Below, in pieces: positions 19,780 to 30,856 of a DNA stretch of 64,000 nucleotides; position 1 is the stretch's first letter, and every line of letters begins with the position of its first letter. The stretch is from contig CAWBZI010000001.1 of assembly GCA_963793265.1 (NCBI GenBank), positions 384,001-448,000 of the forward strand. The letters are read 5' to 3'. A program made the translations under genes and the position numbers. The DNA comes from an uncultured cyanobacterium. Lineage in GTDB: Bacteria; Cyanobacteriota; Cyanobacteriia; Phormidesmidales; Phormidesmidaceae. The notes below the pieces were generated by a model. The model did no database searches. It worked only from the letters and a program-made list of their open reading frames with translations, and had not been told where the DNA came from.

Positions 19780-20605
19780 GGTAGTCCTAAAGCGGTAAGG
19801 ATGCGTTGTAGTGATGGATGAAGTACCAGATAGCGCCTATATGATTCTCCAACTTTTTAGAAAATGAGAGCGTTTTACGCACTAATCTAGAGATACGTTG
19901 ACGCAGGGTACAGTTGAGTCGTTCAATCCGATTGGTCAGTCCCGTTTCCTTCCCTACTGCTCGATGCCGTTTGCTTGGAATTACCTGTTCATAAGCTTCC
20001 CAGAAGTCAGTATAGGCCACAGCACACTGCCGATAGACGGGAGGCAGTGTGGCCCATAGCCCACGCGCACCGACTCGACTTCGACGACCGATGTAGAGCC
20101 CTACAACTTCTCGACTTTCAATATCTATCGCCAGCCATACCCACTGTTTGTTGCCTTTGTTGCCCACGAATGACCACATCTCATCGCATTGGAAGGTCAA
20201 TCGCCCCGGTTATGGCGCGCACGTTGACTTCGCGCGGTACCGATGCATATTTCTTATTCACGTAACCTTGTAGCCATACCTCAGAAACATCAGCCACTCT
20301 AGCCATCCCAGCCAGCGGTATTTTCTCTAGCAATAGTTTGTCTATCAACGCCTTCGTCTCATCGCTAATCACCTTATTCTGCGGGTCTTTGACGAATTGT
20401 CGTCCGCAGTCTTTACACAGATGATTTTGCTTGCCGTTGTGAATAAATCCATTCTTAACAACAGAATCAGAATGGCAATCAGGGCAGGTTGGAAGAGCGG
20501 AAGTCACTAGAAAAGTTAAGGTTGCAACGTTACTATTATCACCCAATCGTTTGTGCGATCGCATCGCCTAATCGATAGAATTATCCTTACACGTTAAGGA
20601 CTACC
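19780..20605 (-). mobile_element. IS1-family element (insA/insB split)
   Basis: 23-bp TIRs GGTAGTCCT..GTAAGGAT (19/23); 8-bp TSD TGAGCAAT at 19772-19779 and 20606-20613; InsA CPDC..CKDC; InsB DEMWSFV, YTDFW, IERLN. Confidence 0.93.
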
Positions 20606-20648
20606 TGAGCAATATCTCCTAACCAGTATCTTGTTGATGACCGCTGAT

Positions 20649-20734
20649 ATGAAACTGATTGTTCAACCGGGTGATAGTTTTCCTTTGGGCGCAACGCTGC
20701 GGGATGGAGGCGTCAACTTTTGTCTCTATGGATC
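20649..20734 (+). pseudogene. glgX: 5' relic of glycogen debranching enzyme
   Basis: MKLIVQPGDSFPLGATLRDGGVNFCLYG matches the GlgX N-terminal PG..PLGA...G.NF pattern; cut at the ISAzo13 end. Confidence 0.75.
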
Positions 20735-22033
20735 GAGGATTAAATAGTTGAGCCAATTTAAGTTGGGTTAGCCAAGGCTGTGTAATTCCATTTTGGTAAG
20801 ACGTCATCGAAGACGAGTTGGATGCTGGCTTTGAGTTCATCGGTCGCTTTCTTTCCAGTCTCGTAAACCTTATCAAGGACGGCGGTGAAGACAGTCAAGC
20901 CAGTGGCCGTGGTGGCCTTAGCCATTAAGTCTTTGACCGTGTCAACGGTGTCAGAAATAACCCCTTGCGTCGCTCGTGTCAGATGGGGAAACAATCGATG
21001 CTCGATAGGATTGTACTTGGAGGTATAAGGGGGATAGTGAGCGATTCGAATATCGATGCCTAGCTCAATGGCTAAGGCTTGCAAAGCCGCCTTGAATAGA
21101 TAGGACCGGGAGCTATTGCTCCCCCCGCCATCGCAGAGCAATAACCAGGAATCTGCGGTTCTGTACTGGTGGCTGCCATGATGTTGCCACCAATAACGTA
21201 GGGAATCAATCGCAAACTCATGGGTATCGCGAGAGGTGCCAATCTGGACATAGCCAATGTTCTCAGTCAGGTCATAAAGCCCGTGTGGAACCGCCTTGCC
21301 TGTCGCTAGCGAGACCCAATCATGGTCGTAAACCTCTATCGGTGCTTGATTATAGGTGTGACCGGCCCGATACAAAGAACCGATCAACTCCTTTTTTTGG
21401 TGTCCATGCTGATCACTGGCTCGCCTGCCGCTTGGTAGGTTTCGACCAACTCATGAATCTTCTCAAATTGCTGATTACGGTTAGGATTACTGCCAGTGGC
21501 CTTCCGTTTCAGCGCCTGACGGCGGCGAAACTGGTGCTTCTCTAACAGTTGATCCACCACCGTGACGCTAACACTGAGGGCTTCTTCTTCAGCTAATCGG
21601 TCGGCTATTTGCTGGCGCGTCAAATGCGTCCACTTAATCGATTCATCCATCGGAGAACCGGCTGTGTGACGTGAAACGACCCGAAGAAAGGCTTCATCCA
21701 GACCTGGTATCGTCTCAAAAGCGCTCTTTCGTCCGGCTCCTGGTGCTCGCTGTCCTGGTTCGCTCAGGGCCTCAGGATCTGATATTTCTGCTATCCCTAA
21801 GCGAATGCTCGGGCGACCACAACCTAGCAAACGATGGATGTAGCTGATGCCCCCATGCCCTAGTTTAACCGCCTCGACGGCCGCATACCGTCGCCGATCC
21901 TTCTCGCTCAGCGAGCCATAGTACTGCTGCATTTGCTGCTCTATCGCTGGTGGGTAGGGGCGAAGCTCACGCATCTTAAAAGACACTACAATGACGACCT
22001 ATCTATCTTACCGTGATAACTATTTTGATTCCC
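20734..22033 (-). mobile_element. ISAzo13-family element; transposase in two ORFs (21384-21986, 20758-21387) joined by a -1 frameshift
   Basis: SEKDRRRYAA, AGSPM, ISMDTKK, DHDW, CDGGGSN, TSKYNPIEHRLF; A AAA AAG at 21391-21398; ends share AAATAGTT (boundaries approximate). Confidence 0.88.
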
Positions 22034-22044
22034 TAATTTAATCC

Positions 22045-22863
22045 TTGATCCTTACAGGCAGCTGGCTGGCCTATCAGTCCATTACAGATAGCATCATCAC
22101 AAATTCAACGCTTTTCGGACTGGCCGCCGTGCTACTAGTACCTAGCTTTATTCTGAGTTCAGGATTCTTCGTCGTTCAGCCCAATCAGGCACAGGTTTTA
22201 ATTTTCCTGGGTAAATATATTGGCAGCGTCCGCGAACCAGGATTCTATTGGACATTGCCTATCGTTATCGTACGACAGGAGATTTCGTTAAGGGTACGAA
22301 ACTTTAACAGTGATTACCTCAAAGTAAACGATGAGCAAGGAAATCCGATTGAAATTTGAGCTGTTGTGGTATGGCGAGTTGTAGACTCTGCGAAGGCTGT
22401 TTTTGATGTTGAAAATTTTCAGCAGTTTGTTGCGATTCAAAGTGAAACAGCCATCCGCGCGCTGGCTGATCGCTATCCATATGATGTGTTTGAAACGGAT
22501 GCGCCTTCACTGCGTAGCCAACCGAACGACATGTCTGAAATTTTGAAGCAAGAAGCGCAGCAGCGACTGGAAGTTTCCGGTGTAGAGGTATTGGATGCTC
22601 GCCTGACTCATCTAGCTTATGCACCAGAGATTGCTCAGGCAATGCTGCATCGGCAGCAGGCGACTGCTGTCATCTCGGCTAAGGAGCGGATTGTAGAAGG
22701 TGCGATGGGCATGGTGGAGATGGCGCTGACTCGACTGAGCGAGCAGCAGGTGGTAGAGCTAGACGAAGAACGCAAGGCGGCAATGGTAAACAATCTGTTG
22801 GTTGCGCTTGTGTCTGAAAGTTCTATTCAGCCCATTGTTAATACAGGTACTCTCTACACATAA
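22045..22863 (+). pseudogene. SPFH/band-7 membrane protein with an internal stop and probable 5' truncation
   Basis: Two same-frame ORFs separated by TGA 22357-22359 in [27 protein letters not shown]; abuts the ISAzo13 end. Confidence 0.82.
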
Positions 22864-22874
22864 TCTAGTTATAC

Positions 22875-23066
22875 GTGAGTAAAAAGAGATTTCTTCTGCG
22901 CATTGATCCTGAGCTATATAAAACGCTCGAAAAGTGGGCTGCTGGCGATTTGCGCAGCGTCAACGCCCAAATAGAATTTCTGCTGAAGCAGGCGACCAGG
23001 CAAGCGGGTAGAACTAAACCAGACCAACCTCAGCAAGGTTCTGATGAGTTGGATGGTAAAGCGTAA
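22875..23066 (+). CDS. Arc/ribbon-helix-helix small DNA-binding protein
   Basis: [29 protein letters not shown]. Confidence 0.8.
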   Translation: MSKKRFLLRIDPELYKTLEKWAAGDLRSVNAQIEFLLKQATRQAGRTKPDQPQQGSDELDGKA

Positions 23067-24185
23067 TTAGGGCTTAAGTTCTTCAGGGGTAGGCAAGCGA
23101 TAGCTTGTACTGCGTCCGCCGGGCGCATTCTGGATGAGCAGTCCATGCATGAGTAAATATCGGATGTCTCGTAGTGCGGTATCTGTAGAGCACTTGGCGA
23201 TTTTTGCATACTTAGACGTGTTCATATGACCTTTGAACCCGTCTAGCAATCTATTCAAGATCAGTCGCTGACGTTCGTTGACTGACTGACGATTCGCGAT
23301 TTTCCAGAAAGCGGCTTTGTAGAGTACGGCTTCTGATGTAACTTCCGCAGCGTCGATAGCTCGTCCTAAGCAGTCGAGGAACCAGTTTATCCATCCGGTG
23401 ATGTCGGTTGAGTTACGTTGTTGTTGTTCGAGCTGGGCGTAGTAGGTCTTTCGTTCTTTCTCAATCTGAGCAGACATACTATAGAAACGTTCAGACGTGC
23501 TATCTGCGCGGGATAGCGCCATATCTGCGATTGTTCTAGCGATGCGACCGTTGCCGTCTTCGAAAGGGTGAATGGTGACGAACCATAGGTGGGCGATCGC
23601 CGCTCTAATAAATGGATCTATGTCCGCAGTGTCTTCGAACCAGTCTAGAAAAGCTTGCATTTCATCTTCAATCCGAAGCGCATCTGGAGCCTCAAAGTGA
23701 ATGCGTTCTCTTTCGATAGAGCCAGAGACGACTCGCATAGTCCCAGCAGATTCGGGTCTCCAATCGCCAACGGTAATTTTCCTCAGTCCGCTCCATCCAG
23801 TGGGAAATAAGGCAGCGTGCCAGCCGCACAGACGATCTTTTGTCAGCGGCTGGGAATAATTACGAATAGCATCCATCATGACTTCGACGATGCCTTCAAT
23901 GTTGCGGCTGATGGCTGTAGAGCTATCAAGATCGATCCCAAGCTTAAGGGCGATGGAGGAGCGCACTTCGTCGGAACTTAGCGTTTCTCCTTCGATAGCA
24001 GATGACTTGACGATATTTGCTGTAAGCGTTTTGATATTCGCCTCGGTGCGCAGCTCAAATCCTAATGATTCCATGCGACCGAGTAAGCGGCCTTGTCTGT
24101 GGCGGACATCAGCTAGCTTTTCTGACAAGGCAGCACGATCCCATGAAAAGGTGGGCCAGTCTGGGGTCTGATGAATCCAGGTCAT
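23067..24185 (-). CDS. Fic-family protein (DUF4172-like N-terminus, C-terminal HTH)
   Basis: HPFEDGNGRIAR; WIHQTPDWPTF; CSTDTALRDI..GGRSTSY. Confidence 0.92.
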   Translation of the reverse strand: MTWIHQTPDWPTFSWDRAALSEKLADVRHRQGRLLGRMESLGFELRTEANIKTLTANIVKSSAIEGETLSSDEVRSSIALKLGIDLDSSTAISRNIEGIVEVMMDAIRNYSQPLTKDRLCGWHAALFPTGWSGLRKITVGDWRPESAGTMRVVSGSIERERIHFEAPDALRIEDEMQAFLDWFEDTADIDPFIRAAIAHLWFVTIHPFEDGNGRIARTIADMALSRADSTSERFYSMSAQIEKERKTYYAQLEQQQRNSTDITGWINWFLDCLGRAIDAAEVTSEAVLYKAAFWKIANRQSVNERQRLILNRLLDGFKGHMNTSKYAKIAKCSTDTALRDIRYLLMHGLLIQNAPGGRSTSYRLPTPEELKP

Positions 24186-24200
24186 AATCGCTGCATATTG

Positions 24201-24229
24201 TGCGGTGATTAGAGTATACAATCACCGCA
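24201..24229. promoter_or_regulatory. Perfect 10-bp inverted repeat upstream of fic (candidate operator)
   Basis: TGCGGTGATT-N9-AATCACCGCA. Confidence 0.55.
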
Positions 24230-24245
24230 TGATTCGGCGCGATCA

Positions 24246-26806
24246 CTAAAACGCAGATGGCTCGCCAGTAGGAGAAGCCTCTCCCATCTTCAAAACTTGC
24301 TTGGCCGCGTCGTAGGTATTGACCGTCCAGGTAAGGAGTCGTCCTTCGCGATCACCGCTGTACAATCGCTGCGCAGGTGCTTTCCCAAAGGCAACTGCCG
24401 TAACTGGCGCATTGTGCGCCAGTAGTTCGAAGACGATCTTGCCCTTGCCGCCTTCTGCTTGCAAATCGAAGATATAAACTTTGCTGTTGTGACAGCCGAC
24501 CGCGATATATCTCCCCGTAGGATTGAAGGCTAACGCCGTAATCTTTGTGGGGAAGCGATGGTTGGAGATCGCCAATCGCGGACTAGCATATATCTGTAGC
24601 AAAGGCCCCTGCCCAACCGCTAGTTTGTAACCATTCGGGCTAAAGCAAACAACGTGGGCTAATCTTGCAGAAGATAAGTTGACACCATCAGCGTTATCTT
24701 CGAGCGGTCTATTCCATAAGATAGCGCCTCCATTACTGCTCGCAGTAGCTAGCTGTTCTTTTCTGGGATTGAATACTACAGACTCAGCCTGACCGTTGTA
24801 GAGACTCTCTTCTGCGTTGAACAACTCCCGTAGCAGGTCGCCCTTAAAGTTGAAGATCCGTGCGGCATTGAGGCTAGTGGTCGCTGCGATGTATTGGCCA
24901 GTTGGTTCTATGGCGATGTCGGTGACGCCGCCGCCTCTGGCTGGGAAAACATGCCCTTGTTCAAATATAATTCCGATTGCATTCTTTCTGTCTTCGTAGT
25001 TCGCAACGCGGATAGTACCGCCGAAAGTCGCGCTGATTATCTGTTGCTTTGTCGGATGTATGGCAACGCTGCTAACGGCTCCGAAGTCGCCTCCGTAATT
25101 GTCATGAATAGGCGTTCCATCGGGTTCGGAGAAGCGAATGAACGTATCGCGACTAGCGGTAACGACGCGTCGCTCTCTTTGGGTACTGGAGGCTACCGCG
25201 ATGTCTGTAATCTCTTCAACATGGATCTTTTGGTTATTGTGAAGCGTGAAGGCTTGGATAGGTGCGAGCGGGTTTTCCAAGCGAACTTTGCTAAGGGCAT
25301 GCCAGGTACTGGGGCCGACAATGCCGTCGTCTTTTAGACCCATTTGTCTTTGAAATCCAGCTACCCCACTTTGGGTAACGCGGCCAAAGTAGCCGTCTAC
25401 TAGGCCAACTTCAAATCCGGCGAGGAGTAGGGTCTGTTGCAACTGTTCTACGGCTTCTCCAGAGGTTACTTTGCGTAGCACTGGCATATTTGTAGGCGCT
25501 CCGGTGTAGAGTGCCAGCCAGGTTTGGGTGCCGACTACGCCATCTTCTACTAAAAACATACGATGTTGAAAGAGACGCACAGCGTAATCGGTAAGACTAT
25601 CGAAGATGCCGCTAGAGACAATGGGTAGAACAGAGCTGTTGCGAAATAACAGAGAATGTAGGGCAATGCTTTCCTTCCTTCCGCTTCAGTTTATGCAGCC
25701 GCTAGGTAGAAGTTCCATAGCCCTGCTGCGGTGAGCATCAACCGGTCATCGAAGTTCTCTTTGCGGTTACGGTAGATATCCGCTGCCGCTCGGTATCGCT
25801 TGGTACCCCCGAAGGCATGTTCGACTACGATCCGTTCTCCACTAAACGCTCGGTTCTCTTCTTTCTGCTTTGCGGTTAACTCACCGCCTCTCGGTTTCTT
25901 ATGCGGAATTTCTATATTCTCGTACTCTCTTTCCAATCCTTTGAACCCCAAGTCCACTTGAATCGGAATATCGACCGGAATATGTTCGGCTAGGACTAAG
26001 CCATCGAGCATCGACTTATCGTGATGGCTCCCGTCTTTGACAGGACTTAGCAGCAGAATACGCTTATCTTGGTCGCTCAATCCTAGATGCTTACGCGTGT
26101 TTCGCTTCTTTTTTCCGGTGTAGGTAAGCTTCTGACGCGTAGAGTCTTGCGGACGTTGGATAGGACGCTCTACCCCGTCGAGAATGACCCGCTCTGTCTC
26201 TGGGAAGCAGGCTATGAACTCGGCTAGAGAGCGCAGTTGACGCTTGGGCAGCATCATCTGGCGACCTAAGGCAGCTTCGAGCACCGGTTGCAGACGATGC
26301 AGCCAGCGATTAGCTTGTGACCGATTGAAGTCGAATAAAAGACCCGCCAAGTCGAAGGTGGGATAGCACTTGAAGTAGAACAGCACGAAAAACAGCTTGT
26401 CTTCTATCTCTAGTAGGTTGGACTTGCGACCCGCACCGGGTTTACGTTGGCGGGTAGGCGACGCTGGGTGAGCGGCTTGGTAAGCTGCATCGAAACTCGG
26501 TAGCAGTTGGTCGAAGGTTGCTAAGTTCATCCCCGTGAGCGAGCGCATCAGGCGGTCATCTTTGAACACACGGTTAAGATTCAGCATCGAAGGGGAGGGG
26601 GCTAACGAAGTTGCAAGCGTCACAGCTATTTTAGCAGCCTATTTCGCAACAGCTCTAACGTAGCGGCTCAGGAGGTTTTGAAGTTCTGCTACGTCGGGAT
26701 GATGAGATCCTTGACGCAGGGTAGTCTTTTTAAGACGGCTAACCTGAATGTGAGATTGGCCGCTAACAGAATTTAGTGAGACATTACCTGTTGAGATAGC
26801 TTGCAT
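24246..26806 (-). pseudogene. Peptidoglycan-binding plus WD40 protein interrupted by an IS
   Basis: Removing the IS and one AAC restores ATG26806 MQAIST..TLRQGSHHPDVAELQNLLSRYV|LPIVSSGIFDSLTDYAVRLFQ..DGVVGTQTW; second PG-binding repeat, then WD40 repeats. Confidence 0.85.
25632..26656 (-). mobile_element. IS5-like element (DDE_Tnp_4-type transposase, 25691-26623)
   Basis: Perfect 17-bp TIRs AGAGCTGTTGCGAAATA; 3-bp TSD AAC; LDGVE, VDLGF, ERIVVEH catalytic segments. Confidence 0.9.
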
Positions 26807-27001
26807 GGATTGAACCTCTTAAAACTAAAAAGACTTGAGACGGGATACATCACGTGTTGTCTCATAGGTTCAACATAAGCAGAGAAAGAGAAGAAATCGG
26901 GAGAGGTGCTCAAAAGCTTATATCTGTTGTCATTCTCGATCTTCCCGCTATCTTCTCGATTGTTCAATAGAGTAATTTCATCAATCGAGAGGTTCCTCAC
27001 T

Positions 27002-30000
27002 ATGAGACTTAATCGTAAAATCAAATGGATTGCTACGGCTGGTCTAATGCTAATGGGTCATTTGTTATGCACATAGGCATTTCTGAAGAAGGGAGGGGCG
27101 GCTACGAACAGGTTGGTAAGTGCAAGCGCCCGAAGCCGGTAATTGATAGCGTTTTCTCAGGCGAGCCTGCTGCCTGCGCCTCGCTCGTTTTCCACCCCAT
27201 ACAAAGGCTGTAGGCGCTCGGTTCCAAGCTCTGGCGACTGCCTCAAAGTTATCGATAATCTGCTGAGGCTTAGTGGGGTGTTGGCCATCTAAGGCTCTAT
27301 GTTTGAGGATCTTCTGGATGGACTCAGCCATATTGAGCCAGCTTCCTCCCAACGGCGTATAAAGCGGCAGAATTCCATGGTCACACAACCACAGTACGAA
27401 AGCTGGTGTTTTGTGACCGGCTAGGTTATCACAGACTAATAGGAGTCGTAGCGGTGGCAGGGTTTCAGGCAATGTGAACTTGACCGTCAGGTCTTGTCGC
27501 CAACTCTCCCAAATTGCACGATTGTCTTCGGAATTGAGAGTAGTCGCAGGCGGCAAAGCGTCAACAATCTCAGAGAGAGTCTCTTCTAACCAAGCATGCA
27601 ATATCGGGTTAGCAGTAGACAGAGTGCCTTTAATACGAACATTGCCATCGCTGGGATGAAACAAGGTCATGATCTTGGCAGTTCCATTCGGAAAGTATTC
27701 ATGTGGTTGTTTGAGTGGCTCACCCTGCGGATACCAGTCTTTCCCCTGATAGGGTTGGGTTCGATAGGGGCCTGCCTCATCTTCTGTCCAAACAGCTAAC
27801 CCTGACTGTTCGCCCAAGCGATAGGCTCGTTCAATCAAGACTTTTTTGCTTCACTATCAGGGTCTACCGCCTCCACGATGCCGCTTTTGCGGCGGCGTTT
27901 GACGACTCCGGTACTACACCAGCTACGACTCAGTTGCCAACTCCAATTCGCTTCGTGCAACACCTGCCAAATGGTGTATGTGCTAATGCGAGAAAATTCA
28001 GGCTGCTGACGCAATCGACGCTGTAGCAGGCTCAAAGACCAGCTAAGTGCGCCGTCTTGTTCTACTTCCGGCAACTGACTAGCGATCTCCAAAATGTGTT
28101 GACGTTTCTCACTGTCATAAACAGTTTGGGCACCACCACCATGCATCGGTTCTAAGGCGGCTAGACCGACTTTATTGAAGCGGGCAACCAACTGTGAGAC
28201 CGCGTCACCTGAACGACGACCGACCGACTCGGCTGCGGCCCTGTAGCTTTTTCCTTCGGCTACCGCTAGCAGGATTTGAGCTCGAACCACATGAACAGCC
28301 GGTTCCTGGCTGGCGCGACTTAATCGCTCTAACAGTTCTTGTTCTTCATCACTGAGAGACCGAAGGGGGTCTTTTGGCCGACGAGTCATAGGACGACTGA
28401 TCCTGGGAAATAGGGTGCTGACTGCAATGCCTCTATTGTCGTCCATTTATATGCCTATGTGCATAACAAATGACCCACTAATACTGGCTCTAGTGACTCC
28501 GACTATTCTGTCTAGTTCGAGGCAGTCTAAAACTCCGGCAATGGCGGCTGCTTTGCAAGCACCTATTCTGAATGACTTAGGCAACTATACGTTTCCAATT
28601 TCTACCAACAGTAAGGAGGCACAACGCTACTTTAATCAGGGCATTATCTTCGCCTATGGCTTTAACCATGCTGAAGCGCTTCGTTCTCTCGAAGCGGCAG
28701 CAAAGCTCGACCCTAACTGCGCGATGTGTCACTGGGGAATGGCTTATGTGCTAGGCCCGAACATTAACGCGGCGATGGAGGCGGGCAGTGTGCCGACGGC
28801 TTATGAAGAGATGCAGCGGGCGATCGCGCTCAAACCCAACGCCACTCAAAGAGAGAAAGCCTACATTGACGCGCTTTCTACGCGATACAGCGCCGAACCT
28901 GTCGAAGATCGCAGTGCGTTAGATTTGGCCTATGCCGAAGCGATGGCCGATCTTTCATCTCAATATCCAGACGATACCGATGCGGCAACGCTATATGCAG
29001 AGGCGCTAATGGACACCATGCCCTGGGATTACTGGCGAGAGGATGGTAGCGCAAAGCCTGAGACTACAACTGTTCTCAATACGCTCAGATCGGTCATTGA
29101 GCGCTATCCTGACCATCCTGCGGCGCTTCACCTCTATATTCACGCGGTTGAAAAAGAACATCCTGAATTAGGGATTGAGGTGGCAGATCGTCTAAGAGAC
29201 CTGGTGCCGGAGGCGGGCCATCTGGTACATATGCCTTCTCATATCTATGTTCGAGTCGGTCGATATCACGATGCGGTTGTTGCAAATTTGAAGGTGATCG
29301 CGGCTGACCAAAGCTACGCAACTCAGTGCCATGCTCAAGGGCTATATCCTGTGGGCTACATGCCGCACAACCACCATTTTCTTTGGTTCTCGGCGATGCT
29401 CGCGGGACAAGAAGATATTGCTATAGAGGCGGCGGAGCATACTGCGAAAATGACAGATAAGTCGCTGATGCGAGAGTCTGGATATGGCACTTTGCAGCAC
29501 TATGCTGCTATTCCGCTGTATACGCTGGTGAAGTTTGAAGAGTGGGATAAGATCCTGGCGGAGCCTGCACCGGATGTTGATTTGGCTTATCCTACGGCAG
29601 TTTGGCACTATGCCAGAGGGATGGCATTTGCTGGGAAGCAACAGCTTGAGCAAGCTAAAGACGAGCTTCAGGCGCTAGCGCAGATTGTTGATTCCTCTGC
29701 GCTTGAGGGTGTCACGATTTGGAATATCAACACAACTCAGGATTTGTTGCAGATTGCCAGGTCTGTTCTTTCCGGAGAGATTGCGGTGGGCGCTGGAGAT
29801 TTTGAGGGGGCGATCGCTCACTTTCAACAAGGCGTAGAACAAGAAGACGCACTCAACTACGACGAGCCTTCTCCCTGGTATAGCCCCGTCCGCCAAAGGT
29901 TAGGTGCTGTCTTGCTTCAGGTCAATCGTCCTAGCGAAGCAGAAGCTACGTTTCGAGCAGATCTTGAGATTTATCCGCGCAACGGCTGGTCTTTGCACGG

Positions 30001-30103
30001 CCTGGTTCAAGCGTTGAACGCGCAAGGCAAAACCGAAGCGGCACAAAAGACTCAAGATGAGTTTGAGATTGTCTGGCAGTATGCAGATATTGAATTGAGC
30101 TAA
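27002..30103 (+). pseudogene. Exported TPR-like helical protein interrupted by IS630 in its signal peptide
   Basis: ATG27002 MRLNRKIKWIATAGLML rejoins in frame with ILALVTPT after the IS; body has YGFNHAEA, HLYIHAVE, GHLVHMPSHIY. Confidence 0.83.
27053..28478 (-). mobile_element. IS630-family element; ORFs 27835-28389 and 27065-27838 joined by a -1 frameshift
   Basis: About 28-bp TIRs (TGGGTCATTTGTTATGCACATAGGCAT); TA duplication 27051-27052 / 28479-28480; EDEAG, CDNLAGH, SWLNMAE; A AAA AAG at 27841-27847. Confidence 0.92.
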
Positions 30104-30121
30104 TGCTCAACTTCAAGTCCG

Positions 30122-30153
30122 ATAGCGCAGTACTCACATAGGTACTGCGCTAT
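30122..30153. terminator. Hairpin between convergent genes
   Basis: ATAGCGCAGTAC-N8-GTACTGCGCTAT, 12-bp perfect stem. Confidence 0.6.
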
Positions 30154-30249
30154 GCAAATAGCTTTTCTAAGGCGGCAACTATAAAAATAAACAACGACTT
30201 TACGATGCGGTGATCGCGTTTAATAAAAGGCCAAAAGCTAGGGTGGCTT

Positions 30250-30762
30250 TTAGTCTGTTTTTATGAAAGGAACTAAATGTCTCATGTAGTCTTGTTTCCC
30301 AATAGACATGCCTATCATACGAAGAATGTCGTAAGCTGTGACCAGATGAAAGTAAAAGTTTGGCATCAGAAATTCATCGACGTAGCGACTACTCGAAAGC
30401 TCTACGTAGACTCCCTCACCAATCTCAATGCGCGTAACTTCATCTAGCTCTATATTCTCAACACGAATACTCGACAGAAGTCTTTGCGTATTTGCTATGT
30501 GCTCGTATGCTTGTGAAAGGGATGTGACTTCTGGATCTAGGTTGTCCATTGGCTTACCGTCACACCACAGGGCAAAGTTGCGTGGCTGATTGCAGGTAAA
30601 AGCAATCTGAGTGCCAAGAGGAAGCATATCGTCTACAATTCGTTTCTGAAGGAACGACTCACTGCCGTTGAAATGAGTCTGGGCAGTCTTTAGAAGATGT
30701 TCAAGTGTTATTAGGCGGCTCTGGAAGATAGTTTGGTTCGGCTCTATATTTGGTGAGTACAT
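30250..30762 (-). CDS. DUF1993-family protein
   Basis: DMLPLGTQI, PNFYFHLVTAYDILR..GKQDY. Confidence 0.85.
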   Translation of the reverse strand: MYSPNIEPNQTIFQSRLITLEHLLKTAQTHFNGSESFLQKRIVDDMLPLGTQIAFTCNQPRNFALWCDGKPMDNLDPEVTSLSQAYEHIANTQRLLSSIRVENIELDEVTRIEIGEGVYVELSSSRYVDEFLMPNFYFHLVTAYDILRMIGMSIGKQDYMRHLVPFIKTD

Positions 30763-30856
30763 TGTTTTAACCCTAAGAAATTTATTCTTTAGCTCTCAAC
30801 ATTATCTTGACTCTAGTCAAACACTCAATGAACGACGTGAAAACAAGCTGCCCTCT

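Noticed and set aside
22357..22359. Selenocysteine or readthrough at the SPFH TGA
   Set aside because: Not a Cys-type position and the gene also appears 5'-truncated; nonsense mutation is simpler
26773..27213. Short ORFs 26773-27024 (-) and 27025-27213 (+)
   Set aside because: They overlap the reconstructed starts of the two IS-interrupted genes and the IS630 end
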